From an uncultured delta proteobacterium (GTDB lineage Bacteria; Myxococcota_A; Polyangia; Fen-1088): a stretch of DNA of 64,000 bases. The notes under the pieces are model-generated. The model was given only the letters and a program-made list of their open reading frames with translations, made no database searches and had not been told where the DNA came from. Shown here one piece after another: positions 19,679-31,593 of this stretch (within the stretch, counting starts at the first letter, position 1; each line of letters starts with the position of its first letter). The translations under genes were made by a program, and so were the position numbers. The stretch lies in NCBI GenBank assembly GCA_963796685.1, contig CAWCMR010000009.1, positions 288,001 to 352,000 of the forward strand. Reading direction: 5' to 3'.

Positions 19679-21279
19679 TCGTCTTCCTCGTCGTGTTGTG
19701 TCCTGGGCGGTTTGCGCGCACCGCCGGGTCTTCGCGGCTCCCCGCGGGCCGCAGCGGGTTTCTTGCGCACCTCGGGCGCGGCAGGTTGCGTGCGATCGAG
19801 AGCCACGGATGTGGACGAATTCCCGTCGAGAGCAATCGCGACGGGTTTGTCCTCGTAGCCCGCCAAGCGCAGCGTCACGCCGACCGATCCCTTCCCCTGT
19901 GGATACGACTTCTGCAACGGCGTTATCCCCAACACGCTTTGGTCCTTCTGGTCGAGCACGCTGGCGCCGGAAGGCGAGCTTTGGACGCGCACGAGAACGG
20001 TCGCCGGGGGCTCGCCGGGCGCAGAGGGCGCGGCCCCTTTCTGGAGCGCAGGCTGCCCCATCGACGCCGACGCCGGGGACGGCCGGGCAGGCCGAAAAGC
20101 GAGAACGAGGGCTACCGCGGCGGCCACCCCGCCGAGCAGCAACAGCAACGGCCAGCGCCTTGGCTTGACCACGTCCAGCCCGAGGTCGCTATCGGACGGC
20201 AACGGCGAGCTGCGGGTTTCTCCGCTGGCGTGCGAAAGCGTTGTGATGGTCGGGCCGGGCACGGGCCCGGGCGTAAGTCCATTCCGGCTGGCGAAGCTTC
20301 CGACTGGACTCGGCGCGGGCGTGCCCTGATAACCGAAACCATGGGTGGAATAGATCGACTCTCTCGCTGAGCCGTCTGGTCCAGCCGCTTTCGCCGGAGG
20401 ACTACCCTGCGCGGTCAAGGCCGGATAGGTCCCGAGCAGGGCGCCGACGAAGTAGTCCACGCTGCCGTAACGCAATTCACGATCCTTGGCCAGCGCCCGC
20501 ATCACGGCCTGCTCGACGTAGTCCGGCAGATTGGGGATCTGCTGCCGCAAGGGCGGCGGCTCGGCCGTGATCTGCATGACCAGCATCTCGGTGGCCGACT
20601 TGGAGGCGAATGGGGGCACCCCGGCCAGCATCTCGTAGACCATGACGGCGAGCGAGTAGATGTCCGAGCGCAGATCCACGTCGGAGCTGTCGCGGCACTG
20701 CTCGGGCGACATATAGGCGGGGCTGCCCATGAGCAGACCGGCTTGCGTCTTCAGCGTCGAGTTTTGATCGTCCCGATGCTTGACCTTGGCGATGCCAAAA
20801 TCGAGCACCTTCATCCGGAAGCCCATGGGCATTCCTTCGTCGGGGATGAGAAATAGGTTCTCGGGTTTGAGGTCGCGGTGAACGATACCCGCGGCGTGCG
20901 CCGCAGCCAGCGCGGAGCCGGCCTGGCGCGTGATTTCCTGAACCGTGCGCAGCGGAATGCGGCCCCGGTCGAGGAGAACCTTCTGGAGGGAATCCCCCTC
21001 CAGGAACTCCATCAGAATGTAGGGCTCGCCCTCGGGCGTGACCCCGGCATCGAAGACCTCGATGATGTTGGGGTGGCGAATCGCGCTCGCCGCGCGTGCC
21101 TCGTTGAGAAAGCGCCGGACCAGCTCGGGATCCTGGACCATCCCGGTGTGCAGGACCTTGATCGCGGCCCGCCGCTGCAGGAAAGGGTTTTCCGCCTCGT
21201 AGACCTCGCCGAACCCGCCCTCGCCGAGAAGACGCACGACCTGAAAGTTTCCAAAGCTTTGTCCGGCTACCACGGCCAT
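19663..21279 (-). CDS. Membrane Ser/Thr protein kinase (Hanks type) with C-terminal PEGA-like domain
   Basis: GEGGFG, AAIK, HRDLKPEN, DFG and SPE motifs; TM WPLLLLLGGVAAAVALVLAF; PEGA-like VRVQSSPSGASV; start taken at ATG 21279. Confidence 0.92.
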   Translation of the reverse strand: MAVVAGQSFGNFQVVRLLGEGGFGEVYEAENPFLQRRAAIKVLHTGMVQDPELVRRFLNEARAASAIRHPNIIEVFDAGVTPEGEPYILMEFLEGDSLQKVLLDRGRIPLRTVQEITRQAGSALAAAHAAGIVHRDLKPENLFLIPDEGMPMGFRMKVLDFGIAKVKHRDDQNSTLKTQAGLLMGSPAYMSPEQCRDSSDVDLRSDIYSLAVMVYEMLAGVPPFASKSATEMLVMQITAEPPPLRQQIPNLPDYVEQAVMRALAKDRELRYGSVDYFVGALLGTYPALTAQGSPPAKAAGPDGSARESIYSTHGFGYQGTPAPSPVGSFASRNGLTPGPVPGPTITTLSHASGETRSSPLPSDSDLGLDVVKPRRWPLLLLLGGVAAAVALVLAFRPARPSPASASMGQPALQKGAAPSAPGEPPATVLVRVQSSPSGASVLDQKDQSVLGITPLQKSYPQGKGSVGVTLRLAGYEDKPVAIALDGNSSTSVALDRTQPAAPEVRKKPAAARGEPRRPGGARKPPRTQHDEEDEWRVH

Positions 21280-21429
21280 GCAAACGAGTCCTATAGAGAG
21301 CGATACTACGACAAGCCCAAGAATTCCGCTGCGCATTCGACACACTGGGAGACGCTCCCAGGTCGAGAGCACAACGCGCTCCACCTCTCCAGGTCGCGCA
21401 CACGGTCAGACAGGTTGCCCAATCATGTG

Positions 21430-21458
21430 TTGCACATCACAAAAGCACCGCTGATAAT
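21430..21458 (+). promoter_or_regulatory. Putative sigma70-type promoter of the second kinase operon
   Basis: TTGCAC-N17-GATAAT, ending 11 nt before GTG 21470. Confidence 0.45.
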
Positions 21459-21469
21459 GCGGGTTTAGC

Positions 21470-22951
21470 GTGATTGGGACGAGCATCGGGAACTACCAGA
21501 TCCAGCGCCTCATCGGAGAAGGGGGGATGGGGAAGGTCTACCTTGCGGAGCATCCGGGTATTGGCCGGCTGGCCGCGGTCAAGGTGCTCACGCCGAGCGA
21601 TGCCGCGGACCCGCAGATCGTCAGCCGTTTCATCACCGAGGCGCGCGCGGCCAACGCCATCCGACACCCCAACATCGTGGACATCTACGATTCGGGCGTG
21701 CTCGAAGGTGGCACGCCCTACATCGTGATGGAGTTCCTGGACGGCGAACCCCTCACCAGCGCGCTGGCGCGAGGTCTGCTGCCACTGGAAGATGCCATCG
21801 ATTGGGGTTGCCAGATCGCCGAGGCGCTGGCCGCCGCACACGCGCACGAGGTGGTGCACCGCGATCTCAAACCCGACAACCTGATCTTGGTGGCGGATCC
21901 CCGCCGCCTGGGCAAAAAGCAGGTCAAGGTCCTGGACTTCGGCATCGCCAAGCTGCAGGGCCGATCCCTCGATCAGGTGCACAAGACGCGCACCGGCTCG
22001 CTCCTGGGAACGCCGCTTTACATGTCCCCCGAGCAGTGCATGAGTCAGAAAGACATCGACGCACGCACCGACATCTACTCGCTCGGGGTGATCCTCTACG
22101 AAATGGTCACGGGCCGGCGCCCCTTCGACAGCGATGGCGTCTACGCGGTCATCAGCATGCATGTCAACGAGCCGCCGGTGTCGCCCACCACCTATCGCCC
22201 GGATCTTCCGCGTGACCTGGACGCGATCATCATGCAAGCGCTGGCCAAGGCGCCCGCCGATCGCCAGGCATCCATGGCCGTCCTGCTCTCGCGGTTGGAG
22301 CTCACGCGAGGCAACGCAGCGGCCAGCAGCGAGGCACTGGCGCGCGCGCACCATGAACGGTTGCGGCCGGTTCCCCTGTCGCCCACACAACCGGCGACCG
22401 TGCCCGAGATCAAGACCCTGGGCGACACCGCCGTTTCCAAGCAGGTGACCGGCAAGACCGCACAAACCCGCGGCCCGGCAAGAACGCGCTTTGTCCTCGC
22501 GGGAGTGGCGGTTGCCGCGCTGCTGGGCATCTATGCGTTCGGTCCAACGACACGGAAACCCGGCTCCGCCGGGCATAGCCCGGCTTCGCCCCAAGTCCCG
22601 GTTGCCATTCCATCACCGGTGCCACCGCCGCCTCGCGCAGCACCCGCCCCCATCGAGATCGCTCTTCACAGCGTGCCTACCGGCGCCAACGTCTACGTGG
22701 GTGACGTTCTGGTCGGCACCACACCGACCGCGTTCAAGACGACCAAGACCGACGACCCCGTCGAGTTCACCTTTCGCGCGCAAGGTTTCAAGCCTGAGAA
22801 GATTCGAGCTTTGCCGACCCAAGGTCTGACCGTCGACGCCAAGCTCTCCACCGCGGAGTCGACCAAGCCTTCATCCCTCTCCCCCGCAACGCGCAAGCAC
22901 GCCGCGGCCACGCACAGCGGTGCATCGAGCGACATCCAAACCGAGCGCTAG
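21470..22951 (+). CDS. Membrane Ser/Thr protein kinase with C-terminal PEGA-like domain
   Basis: GEGGMG, AAVK, HRDLKPDN, DFG and SPE motifs; TM FVLAGVAVAALLGIYAF; PEGA-like IALHSVPTGANVYVG. Confidence 0.92.
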   Translation: MIGTSIGNYQIQRLIGEGGMGKVYLAEHPGIGRLAAVKVLTPSDAADPQIVSRFITEARAANAIRHPNIVDIYDSGVLEGGTPYIVMEFLDGEPLTSALARGLLPLEDAIDWGCQIAEALAAAHAHEVVHRDLKPDNLILVADPRRLGKKQVKVLDFGIAKLQGRSLDQVHKTRTGSLLGTPLYMSPEQCMSQKDIDARTDIYSLGVILYEMVTGRRPFDSDGVYAVISMHVNEPPVSPTTYRPDLPRDLDAIIMQALAKAPADRQASMAVLLSRLELTRGNAAASSEALARAHHERLRPVPLSPTQPATVPEIKTLGDTAVSKQVTGKTAQTRGPARTRFVLAGVAVAALLGIYAFGPTTRKPGSAGHSPASPQVPVAIPSPVPPPPRAAPAPIEIALHSVPTGANVYVGDVLVGTTPTAFKTTKTDDPVEFTFRAQGFKPEKIRALPTQGLTVDAKLSTAESTKPSSLSPATRKHAAATHSGASSDIQTER

Positions 22952-22962
22952 ACCCGCCAGCC

Positions 22963-25876
22963 ATGCACAGAGCGCTCTCGAGCTCGCTCGATCGCCTTCG
23001 TCTTCGCCTGGTCCCTGACGGCCCTGGCCGCGGAGCCGATATCGGCACCGCCGCTCGCCGGGCAAGCGGACGAAGCCCAGTTCCACTTTCTGCGTGGCAA
23101 CCGAGCCTACCAGGAGAAGCGCTTCGAGGACGCGCTGGCCTCCTATTATCTCTCCAACCGTTTGGTGTCCAATCGCAACGTCGAGTTCAACATCGCCCGA
23201 TGTCTCGACCGTCTTGGCCGCTACGACGAGGCCTTTCGTGCCTGGTCTTCCCTTCTCGATCAGGCGCTGCCCGACAAGGAGCAAAAGGCCGCCCAACAAG
23301 CCATCGAGCAGTTGCGGCCCCACCTGGCCCTCGTGGAGATAGAGACCACGCCGCCCGGTGCGACGATCTACGCCGGCCGACGCGATCTCGGCGCGCTCGG
23401 CACCACGCCCAAGAAACTGGCCCTGCGCCCTGGGCCGACCAAGATCATCCTGGAACGCGAAGGATATCGCCCCGTGGAGCTCCCGGCCGAGCCGATGCAG
23501 AGCAAACAGATCAAGCTCTCGGTCGTGCTCGAGCGCATCTACGGCGCAGTCGAGATCCGGCGCGTGCCGGCCTCGGCCAGCATCCGGCGCGACTTCGTCG
23601 ACGGCGAGCTGCTGCGCCAAGGCCCGGGAACCATCAGGGCTTTGCCCGGCCCGCTCGTGCTCTTCGTGTCCGCGCCGGGGTACCAGACCGAGCGTCTGCC
23701 GGTGAACGTGTTGCCAGGGGCTACCGTGCCCGTCGACGTGCTGATGTCGCCGGCCGTGGCCCCCACCGGCATCCTAGTCGTGCGCTCCAACATCACGGGC
23801 GCCCTCATTCGCGTCGACGGCAAGGAAGCCGGGTTCTCCCCGGCTGTCATCGATGGCGTCGCCACGGGCGCGCGCGCCGTGGAGGTCTTGGCGGAATCGC
23901 GGCAAACCTTTCACGCCGCCGTCGAGGTGAAGAAGGGCGAGCGTGCCTTCGTCGACGCCTACCTGGGCCACGCCGATCCCGAGGTCACGGCGGCGACCAA
24001 GTCCGCCGTCGCATCCGAATCGGCGCCCGCCTCGGTCAGCATCGTCACCGCCGACGAGATCGCGGCCTTCGGCTACACCACGCTGACCGAGGCGCTGACC
24101 GCCATTCGCGGCACCTTCACCTCGAACGATCGCAGCTACGAATCGGTCGGCTTTCGCGGATTTTCGCCCCCCGGCGACTACACCAATCGCGTGCTCGTGC
24201 TCGTGGACGGGCACCCCATCAACGACGCCGTCACCGGCCAAGGCTACGTCGGGCACGATTTCGACGTGGACCTGGCCAACGTGGCACGCATCGAGATCGT
24301 GCGCGGTCCGGGCTCGGTTCTCTACGGAACCGGCGCGCTCTTCGGCGTCATCAACGTGGTCACGCGACAGGCGACGGAAGGCGCGCACGCTTCCGCCAAC
24401 ACGATGACCGGCACCATGGGGCTGGTCTCGGGACGCGCGACCGGCAGTGCCCGCAAAGGCGACGCCGAGCTGATGCTCAGCCTGGCCGGCATGGAGTCCG
24501 ACGGAGACCACCGCTATGTTTGGCCCGCCTCGCAGACCCGGAGCGCCCCGGTCTGGGCCGCCCCGCAAACCGGGGGCATGCCGATCACGGTGCTCGGGGC
24601 AGACGGCGAGTGGGCGGCCCATGCCGACCTCGTCGGCCGCTTGGGGCCGCTGTCCCTGCGCGCCGGCTACAATGACAGAAAGAAATATTTGCCCACCGGC
24701 GCCTACGACACGCAGCCGGTCTACGGAACCTACAACCACGACCGCCGCGGCTACGCGGAGTTGCTCTTCGAGCGTGGGATCCGCGGCGTGCAAGTCGCGG
24801 CCCGCGCGGCCTACGATTTCAGTTGGTACCACGGCAACTTCATCAACGTCGATCCGACGGCTCTGCCTTACGAGAACCTCAAGGCACAATGGGTCACCGG
24901 CGAGCTGCGCCTGGGGCTGCCGCGGTTCCTTCGCCAGAATGTCACCATCGGCGCCGAAATCGTCCGGCAATTGCAGATGCGGGCCGATGAGCCCTTCGAC
25001 GGCTACCCCGCCATCGGCCCGGACTTCATCGTCTCCGTCTACCTGGTCGACGACATCCACGTGTCGAAACGCCTGAACGCCAACCTCGGCTTGCGCCTCG
25101 ACGACTACACCAAGAGCTTCGGCACCTCGTTCAATCCACGCTTTGCCATCGTCGGAAAGCCCTACCAGCGCGGCAACACGAAGCTGTTCTTCGGCAGCTC
25201 CTTTCGCATTCCCTCGCCCAACGAACGCGCCAACAACCCTACCCAAAGTCTGCGCCCGGAAGGTATCTGGAGCGGCGAGCTCGAACACTCCCACGCAGTA
25301 AACGACGACGTGCACGTGGTGGGCGCCGCGTTCGCCAATTGGCTGAACGATCTGGTCACGCTGGTCCCCGACCGGGTGAACGGCGGCTCCTATTACATCA
25401 ACGACGCCAACCGCATCCGCAGCGTGGGTGTGGAGGGGGAAGTGCGCTGGGAGCCCGGCGGCGGAACCCTGCTCTCGTTGTCCATCACCCGCCAGAGGGT
25501 GGAGGAAATGACCCCAGAAGGAAACGTGCCCTATCTCAACGCCCCCCAGACCTTGGTCAAAGCTCGGGTCCTCTTTCCGCTAGTCGGAGCGGCGCTTCGC
25601 ATGGGCAACGAAATGGTGCTGGATTCGGGCCGACACTTCCGCCAGACCGATCCGACCCAACTTCCATCCGACAACCAAATCGACGACGCCGTGCTGTGGA
25701 ACGTGAGCTTCTCCGGCGAATACCGTGCGTACCACCTGCGCTACTACGCTGGCGTCTTCAACCTGCTGGACGTACGCGACGCACGCGCGGGCTTTCCCAC
25801 CAGCGTGGACTACCCGCCCGACCTGATTCCGCGCTATGGGCGCTCCATGCGCGCCGGATTGACCCTGGCCTACTAG
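22963..25876 (+). CDS. TonB-dependent receptor with N-terminal TPR and three PEGA-like domains (+1 frameshift within the first ~6 codons)
   Basis: The frame of ORF 23162 stays open upstream, encoding a signal peptide (SIAFVFAWSLTALAA) and TPR (EAQFHFLRGNRAYQEKRFEDAL). Plug motifs APASVSIVTADEI and RIEIVRGPGSVLYGTGA; C-terminal GLTLAY. Confidence 0.85.
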
Positions 25877-25877
25877 A

Positions 25878-26672
25878 CTAATTGTTGGGCATCCCGGCGT
25901 TGCACCAAGCCTGGAACATCTGCTTGTCGGCCGTCGAGAGAGCGGCCCCGGAGATGGGCATGAGGCCGCTCTGGATGGCGCTGTTGGCGGCGTTGGCATT
26001 GGCTTTCACCTTGGCGTAGGTGGAGCAGATCGATGCCGCCGTTGGCGTTCGATGAGCTATGGCAGCTTGTGCACGCGGCCTTGAGCATGGGGGCGATCTG
26101 CGTGGAATAGCTCACCGTGGCGGTGGCATCGCCGCCGCCGACCTCCGGGCCGAACCCCGCATCTCTCCGGCCGGAGCTGCCCCCCGAACCGCTTGCACCG
26201 CCGGTGCCCGTGGAACCGCCGGAGCCAGAGCTGCCACCACGGCCGGTGTTGCCGCCGGTCGCGACCGAGCTTCCCCCGGACCCAGCCGCACCGCCACTTC
26301 CGCCCGACCCGCCGCCAAAGCCACCAGTGCTGCCACGGCCGTGCCCCCGCAGTGCCCCCCGGAGGCGCTACTCCCTCCGGTTCCATGCGATCCGCCCGCG
26401 CTTGGGTTTCCACCGTTGCCCCCGAAACCTCCCGCCCCTGCGCTTCCCCCTGGGCCGCCGACGCTGCCCGAGCCGCTCGTACCCGCGCTGCCACCGAAAC
26501 CGCTACTGCCCAAGTCCCCGCCGTCGCCAGCGCCACCGTTGGCGCTTCCACCTGAACCATTCCCGCCCAATTGGTCGTAAATCGGCGAGGATGGAATGTT
26601 GTTGTTGCAAGCCGGGGTCACCATGGCCACCAGCCACAGCACGGCCAGAAAGGGGATAGCGCTTCTCGTCAT
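25878..26672 (-). CDS. Lipoprotein with long Gly-rich linker and C-terminal monoheme cytochrome c domain (several frameshifts)
   Basis: GAAGGAG RBS and MTRSAIPFLAVLWLVAMVTPAC lipobox; Gly/Ser linker; VSYSTQIAPMLKAACTSCH; after a +1 shift near 26027, TYAKVKANA..SGLMP..QAWCNAGMPNN*. Confidence 0.7.
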
Positions 26673-27115
26673 AGCTACTCTCTCCTTCGCATCGATGCAG
26701 GCGTCCTCGGTGATTACGGAACGTGCCGGTTCCCAAGTGATTGGGTTGGGCTTCATATTGGATGTCATTCCTCGCCGTTAGATGCGACTGGCTCGCCTTC
26801 GCCGCCAAAATTCCGACCTAGTCACTCCTATTTTGACGTGGTGACCGTCCTCACCTCGTGCCGCCTCACGCGTAGGCTTGAAGCCGTCCGAGCCTGCGCC
26901 ACCGGCCACAGTGAGGAAATCGTCCGGCAGCGCGCTGCGACAATTTAACATTCCATGTGCGCTGAAAAACACTACAAGGCACTCGATCACAAGTATTACC
27001 AACCCATGATTGTAATTTAGGGTACACTGGATACATCTCGATCTACTGTCCGAGTAGTCTAAGGACAACTGGTCGATTGCCGAAGTGTCAGCTCGGTCAG
27101 CCGGAGGAGGAGGCT

Positions 27116-30100
27116 ATGTCGAAGAAGGAACCCGCACCTCCATTGCGACGTTTGCATTGGCAATCGTAAGCATCGCGTTGCTGGCGCTCGCTTGCGGCTG
27201 CCAAGGCAGCTCGGTCGCGCCCATTGGCGGCGACGATCCCGACGCCGCCACCAACCCCGACTCCGCCCGGGGGCTCCGGACGCCCCGGTGCTCGCCCTTC
27301 CCGACGGCAGCGTGACGATTTCGCTCTCGGACAGCGGCATCTGCCTGCCCATCTCCAGCTGCAAGGTCGGCAGGTGGACAGTACTGCGGCGTCATCGGCG
27401 ACGGCTGCTCCGGTAACCTCGATTGCGGCGGCTGCCCGACGGGACAGCCTTGCATAGGCGGCATCTGCGGCGGTGGCGCCGGACACGATGCCGGCGTCCT
27501 CACTTCCTGTACCGTCACCGGTGGCACCTACTGCGGCACCATCGGCGACGGCGCCGGCGGCCAGTTGCTGTGCGGCGCTTGCCCGGCTGGTTGGACCTGC
27601 ACCGACGGCCTGTGCACCGGTGACCCTGCCATCTGCGCCCCTCGCGTCCTGCGGCACCGGCACGACCAAGTACTGCGGCACCATCGGCGACGGTTGCGGC
27701 CATGCCAAGGACTGCGGCGGCTGCACCGCCGATCAAGTCTGCACCAACAACCAATGCGTCCCCGCCGCGGGGTGCGTGGCCGCCACCTGCAATCCCGCCG
27801 GTGGACAATACTGCGGCGGCCAGCTTGGCGACGGCTGCGGCGGCGCCATCACCTGCGGCGACTGCACCACGCCCGGGCTGGACCTGCCTGGACCACCTGT
27901 GCAAGGGCGGTGCCTCGTGCACGCCCGTCGCCTGCGGCACCGGGTCGGGCAAGTACTGCGGCACCATCGGCGATGGCTGCGGCGGAAGCGCCGACTGCGG
28001 CACCTGCCTCGCCGGCGAGGTCTGCAAGGACAACCAGTGCATGCCCGCCGCGTGTACGCCCCTGACTTGCAATCCCAAAGGCGGCCAGTACTGCGGCGGC
28101 CAGGTCGGCGACGGTTGCGGCGATGTCCTCGATTGCAGCGCCGCCTGCCCGGCGGGATGGACGTGCCAGAACCACTTGTGCGTCGGCGACGCCACCTGCC
28201 CCAAGGTCGCTGCCTGCGGCAACGGAACGTCCTTTCAACTACTGCGGCGACGTCGGCGACAACTGCGGCGGTGTTCTCCACTGCGGCGACGACTGCGCCG
28301 CCGGCCAGGTCTGCGACGCCACCACCGGTCTGTGCAAGGGCGACGCGACCTGCGTGCCCGCCACCTGCAACAACGGCTCGCTCTTCAACTACTGCGGCGA
28401 CATCGGCGACGGTTGCGGCGGCACCCTCCACTGCGGCAACGTCTGCGCCAAGGGCCAGACCTGCGACACCTCCACCGGCCTGTGCAAGGGCGACGCGACC
28501 TGCGTGCCCGTCGCCTGCGACAACGGCACCCCCTTCAAGTACTGCGGCGACAACGGCAACGGCTGCGGCGGCGCCCTCCACTGCGGCAACGACTGCGGCG
28601 CCCACCAGGTGTGCGGCGCCGACGGGGTCTGCAAAGGCGACAGCACCTGCGTGCCCAAAACCTGCGACAACGGCACCCCCTTCAGCTACTGCGGCACGAT
28701 CGGCGATGGCTGTGGCGGCGCGGTCCGCTGCGGTGCCCGCTGCGCCACCGACCAAGTCTGCGGCGCCGAGGGCTTGTGCAAGGGTGACAGCACCTGCGTG
28801 CCCAAGACCTGCGGCAACGGCACCGACTTCAAGTACTGCGGCGTGGTCGGCGACGGCTGTGGCGGCGCGCTTTCGTGCGGCACCAACTGCGGCGCCGGCA
28901 AGGTGTGCGACACCTCTACCAGCCTGTGCCACGGTGACTCGACTTGCACGCCCATCGCGTCGTGCGACAACGGCACCGATCTTCCACTACTGCGGGACCA
29001 TCGGCGACGGCTGCGGCGGCAGCCTCGCCTGTGGCACGAGCTGCGGCGCCGGCAAAACCTGCGACACCACCACCGGCCTGTGCAAAGGCGACGCGACGTG
29101 CACGCCCCTCGTCGCGTGCGCCAACGGCACCGCCTTCAACTACTGCGGCACCGTCGGCGACGGCTGCGGCGGCAGCCTCCTCTGCAGCACCAACTGCGGC
29201 CCGGGGAAGTCCTGCGACACGACGACTGGCCTGTGCAAGGGCGACACGACTCTGCACGCCGCTCGCATCCTGCGCCAACGGCACGCGCCTTCAACTACTG
29301 CGGCACCATCGGCGACGGCTGCGGTGGCAGCTTCACCTGCAGCACGAGCTGCGGCACGGGCAGGACCTGCGACACCGCCACCGGCATGTGCAAGGGCGAC
29401 AGCTCGTGCACGCCGATCACCGCATGCAGCAACGGCACCGCCTTCAACTACTGCGGCACAGTCGGCGACGGCTGCGGTGGCAGCCTCGCCTGCGGCGCCG
29501 ACTGCGCCGCCGGCCAAGTCTGCGACACGAGCACCGGCCTGTGCAAGGGCGACGGCTCGTGCGCGCCGATCACCGCGTGCACGAATGGCACGGCCTTCAA
29601 TTATTGCGGGGAAATCGGCAACCGGTGCGGCGGCAGCCTCGCCTGTTCCACCGACTGCGGCACTGGGAAGGTGTGCGACGCCAGCAGGGGCGTGTGCAAA
29701 GGCGATGCAAACTGCGTCCCACTCGCGTGCAAGACGGCCGCAGGTGGCCAGTATTGCGGCGGAACGGTTGGCGATGGGTGCGGCGGCTCCGTCACCTGCA
29801 CCGATCCGTGCCCGTCCGGATCCACCTGCAGCAACCATGTCTGCATCTGCAGTGCTGGGCTCATCTGCCAGGTCGCCCGCTGCGACACCGGCTCGACGAC
29901 CGTCTCGGGCAAAGTGTACGACCCGGCGGGTGTCAATCCGCTTTACAACGTCATCGTCTACATCCCCAACAGCACGCTCGATCCCATCACGCACGGCCCG
30001 ACTTGCGACCAGTGCGCCACGCCATCCGGTCAGCCCATTGCAGCGGCTTTGTCAGGCACCGACGGAAGCTTCACCCTTACCAACGTCCCCAGCGGAACCA

Positions 30101-31593
30101 ACATTCCCATTGTCTTCCAGGTCGGAAAGTGGCGCCGTCAGATCAAGATCCCGACAGTGAATGCGTGTCAGAACAACGATCTCACCAGCCTTGTCGATGG
30201 CAATGGCGTTCACCAGACCCGTTTGCCACGCAACCTCGGCGATGGAGACGCAGGCACGGTGTCCCTGCCCAAGATCGCAATCACCGCGGGCAACGCACAT
30301 CCCAACGGCACGTCGAACGTGACCGAACGGTTGCAATGCCTGCTTCAGCGCATCGGGGTCAGCGCCAGCGAGTTCACGATGCCCAGCAAGGCCGGTTCCA
30401 TCAGCATGTACAACCTGTCGAACGGTTCGGACACGTGCAATCAGGTGACCGGAGGAACCGGCAACTATCCGGACGCCACCACCACCCTGTGGGACAGTCA
30501 AGCCCACCTCAACCAGTACGACATGGTGCTGCTGAACTGCGGTGGCGATGAAAACGCGGTCAATCCCACCAAGAACAACACGTTCATTTCGCATCCGGGT
30601 GCGGTGGATCGGATGAAGGCCTACGTGAATGCCGGTGGCCGAGTCTTCGCCGAGCATTTCCACTGGGGTTGGATCAAGACCGTCGGCACGTACACCTCGA
30701 CGTTTGGCGAAGTGGCGACGTGGAATGCAAGCACTGGCGTCATCGGCACCACCACGCGCGACACGCTTGTGGATGTCTCGTTCCCGCGAGGCGTCGCATT
30801 CGCCAATTGGCTCGTCACGGTGGGGGCATCCACAACCAACGGGCATCTACCCATCGCAAGCACGGTCAAGGCCACTGCCATGGACCAGATAGCCCCAACC
30901 TCCCAGCGCTGGATCTACGAACCCGTGAACGCGGGCTCACCAACCGGGGCGGCGCAGTACACCCACTATTTCAGCTTCAACACCCCGGTCGGCACAGCCG
31001 CGGACAGTCAGTGCGGTCGTTTCGTGTACACGGGCTTGCACGTGAGCGATTCAGCCTCGACCGGATTCCCAGGCGATCCGGCTACCAGCGCAGGGAGCAC
31101 TTTCCCCGGATGCTGCGCCACCAGGACGGCGCTTTCGCCGCAAGAAAAGGCGCTCGAATTCATGATCTTCGATCTCTCCTCTTGCATCAGCAATGTGAGC
31201 CTGCCTCCGCCGCCGGTCCAGACCGTGCCTCCCCCATCTGCGCCACCGCCCCCGCCGCCGCCTGCGCCACCGCCGCCGCCCGCCGCCCCCGCGGCGCCAC
31301 CACCGCCGCCCGCGCCGGCACCACCGCCGCCTCCCGCTCCGCCGGCTCCTCCTTCGTCCTTGCCGCCGCCACCAAGCGCGCCCGCGGCGCCGCCACCGCC
31401 ACCCGCGCCTGCGCCGCCTGCGCCGCCGCCGCCTGCCACGACGCCCCCGGCTCCACCTTCGCCCTCCGTACCGCCGCCACCACCGCCTCCGCCACCAGTT
31501 GCGGCACCGCCGCCACCGCCGCCGCCGCCGCCGGCCACCGCCCCTCCTCCCCCACCCCCGCCACCACCGATCCCACAATCCTACATTCCCTGA
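27116..31593 (+). CDS. Giant Cys-repeat lipoprotein A: 17 YCG..GDGCGG repeats, carboxypeptidase-regulatory-like domain, Pro-rich tail (about nine frameshifts; error or pseudogene)
   Basis: GGAGGAGG RBS before ATG 27116; lipobox LACGC; repeats are distributed across ORFs 27085, 27192, 27473, 27702, 28123 and 28944 and are colinear with the intact paralog at 31736. Confidence 0.75.

Noticed and set aside
27040-27090. GTCTAAG...GATTGCCGAA resembling the 3' half of a c-di-GMP-I (GEMM) riboswitch
   Set aside because: The upstream GGCAAAC/GNRA-loop P2 stem and the GCAAA junction are absent.
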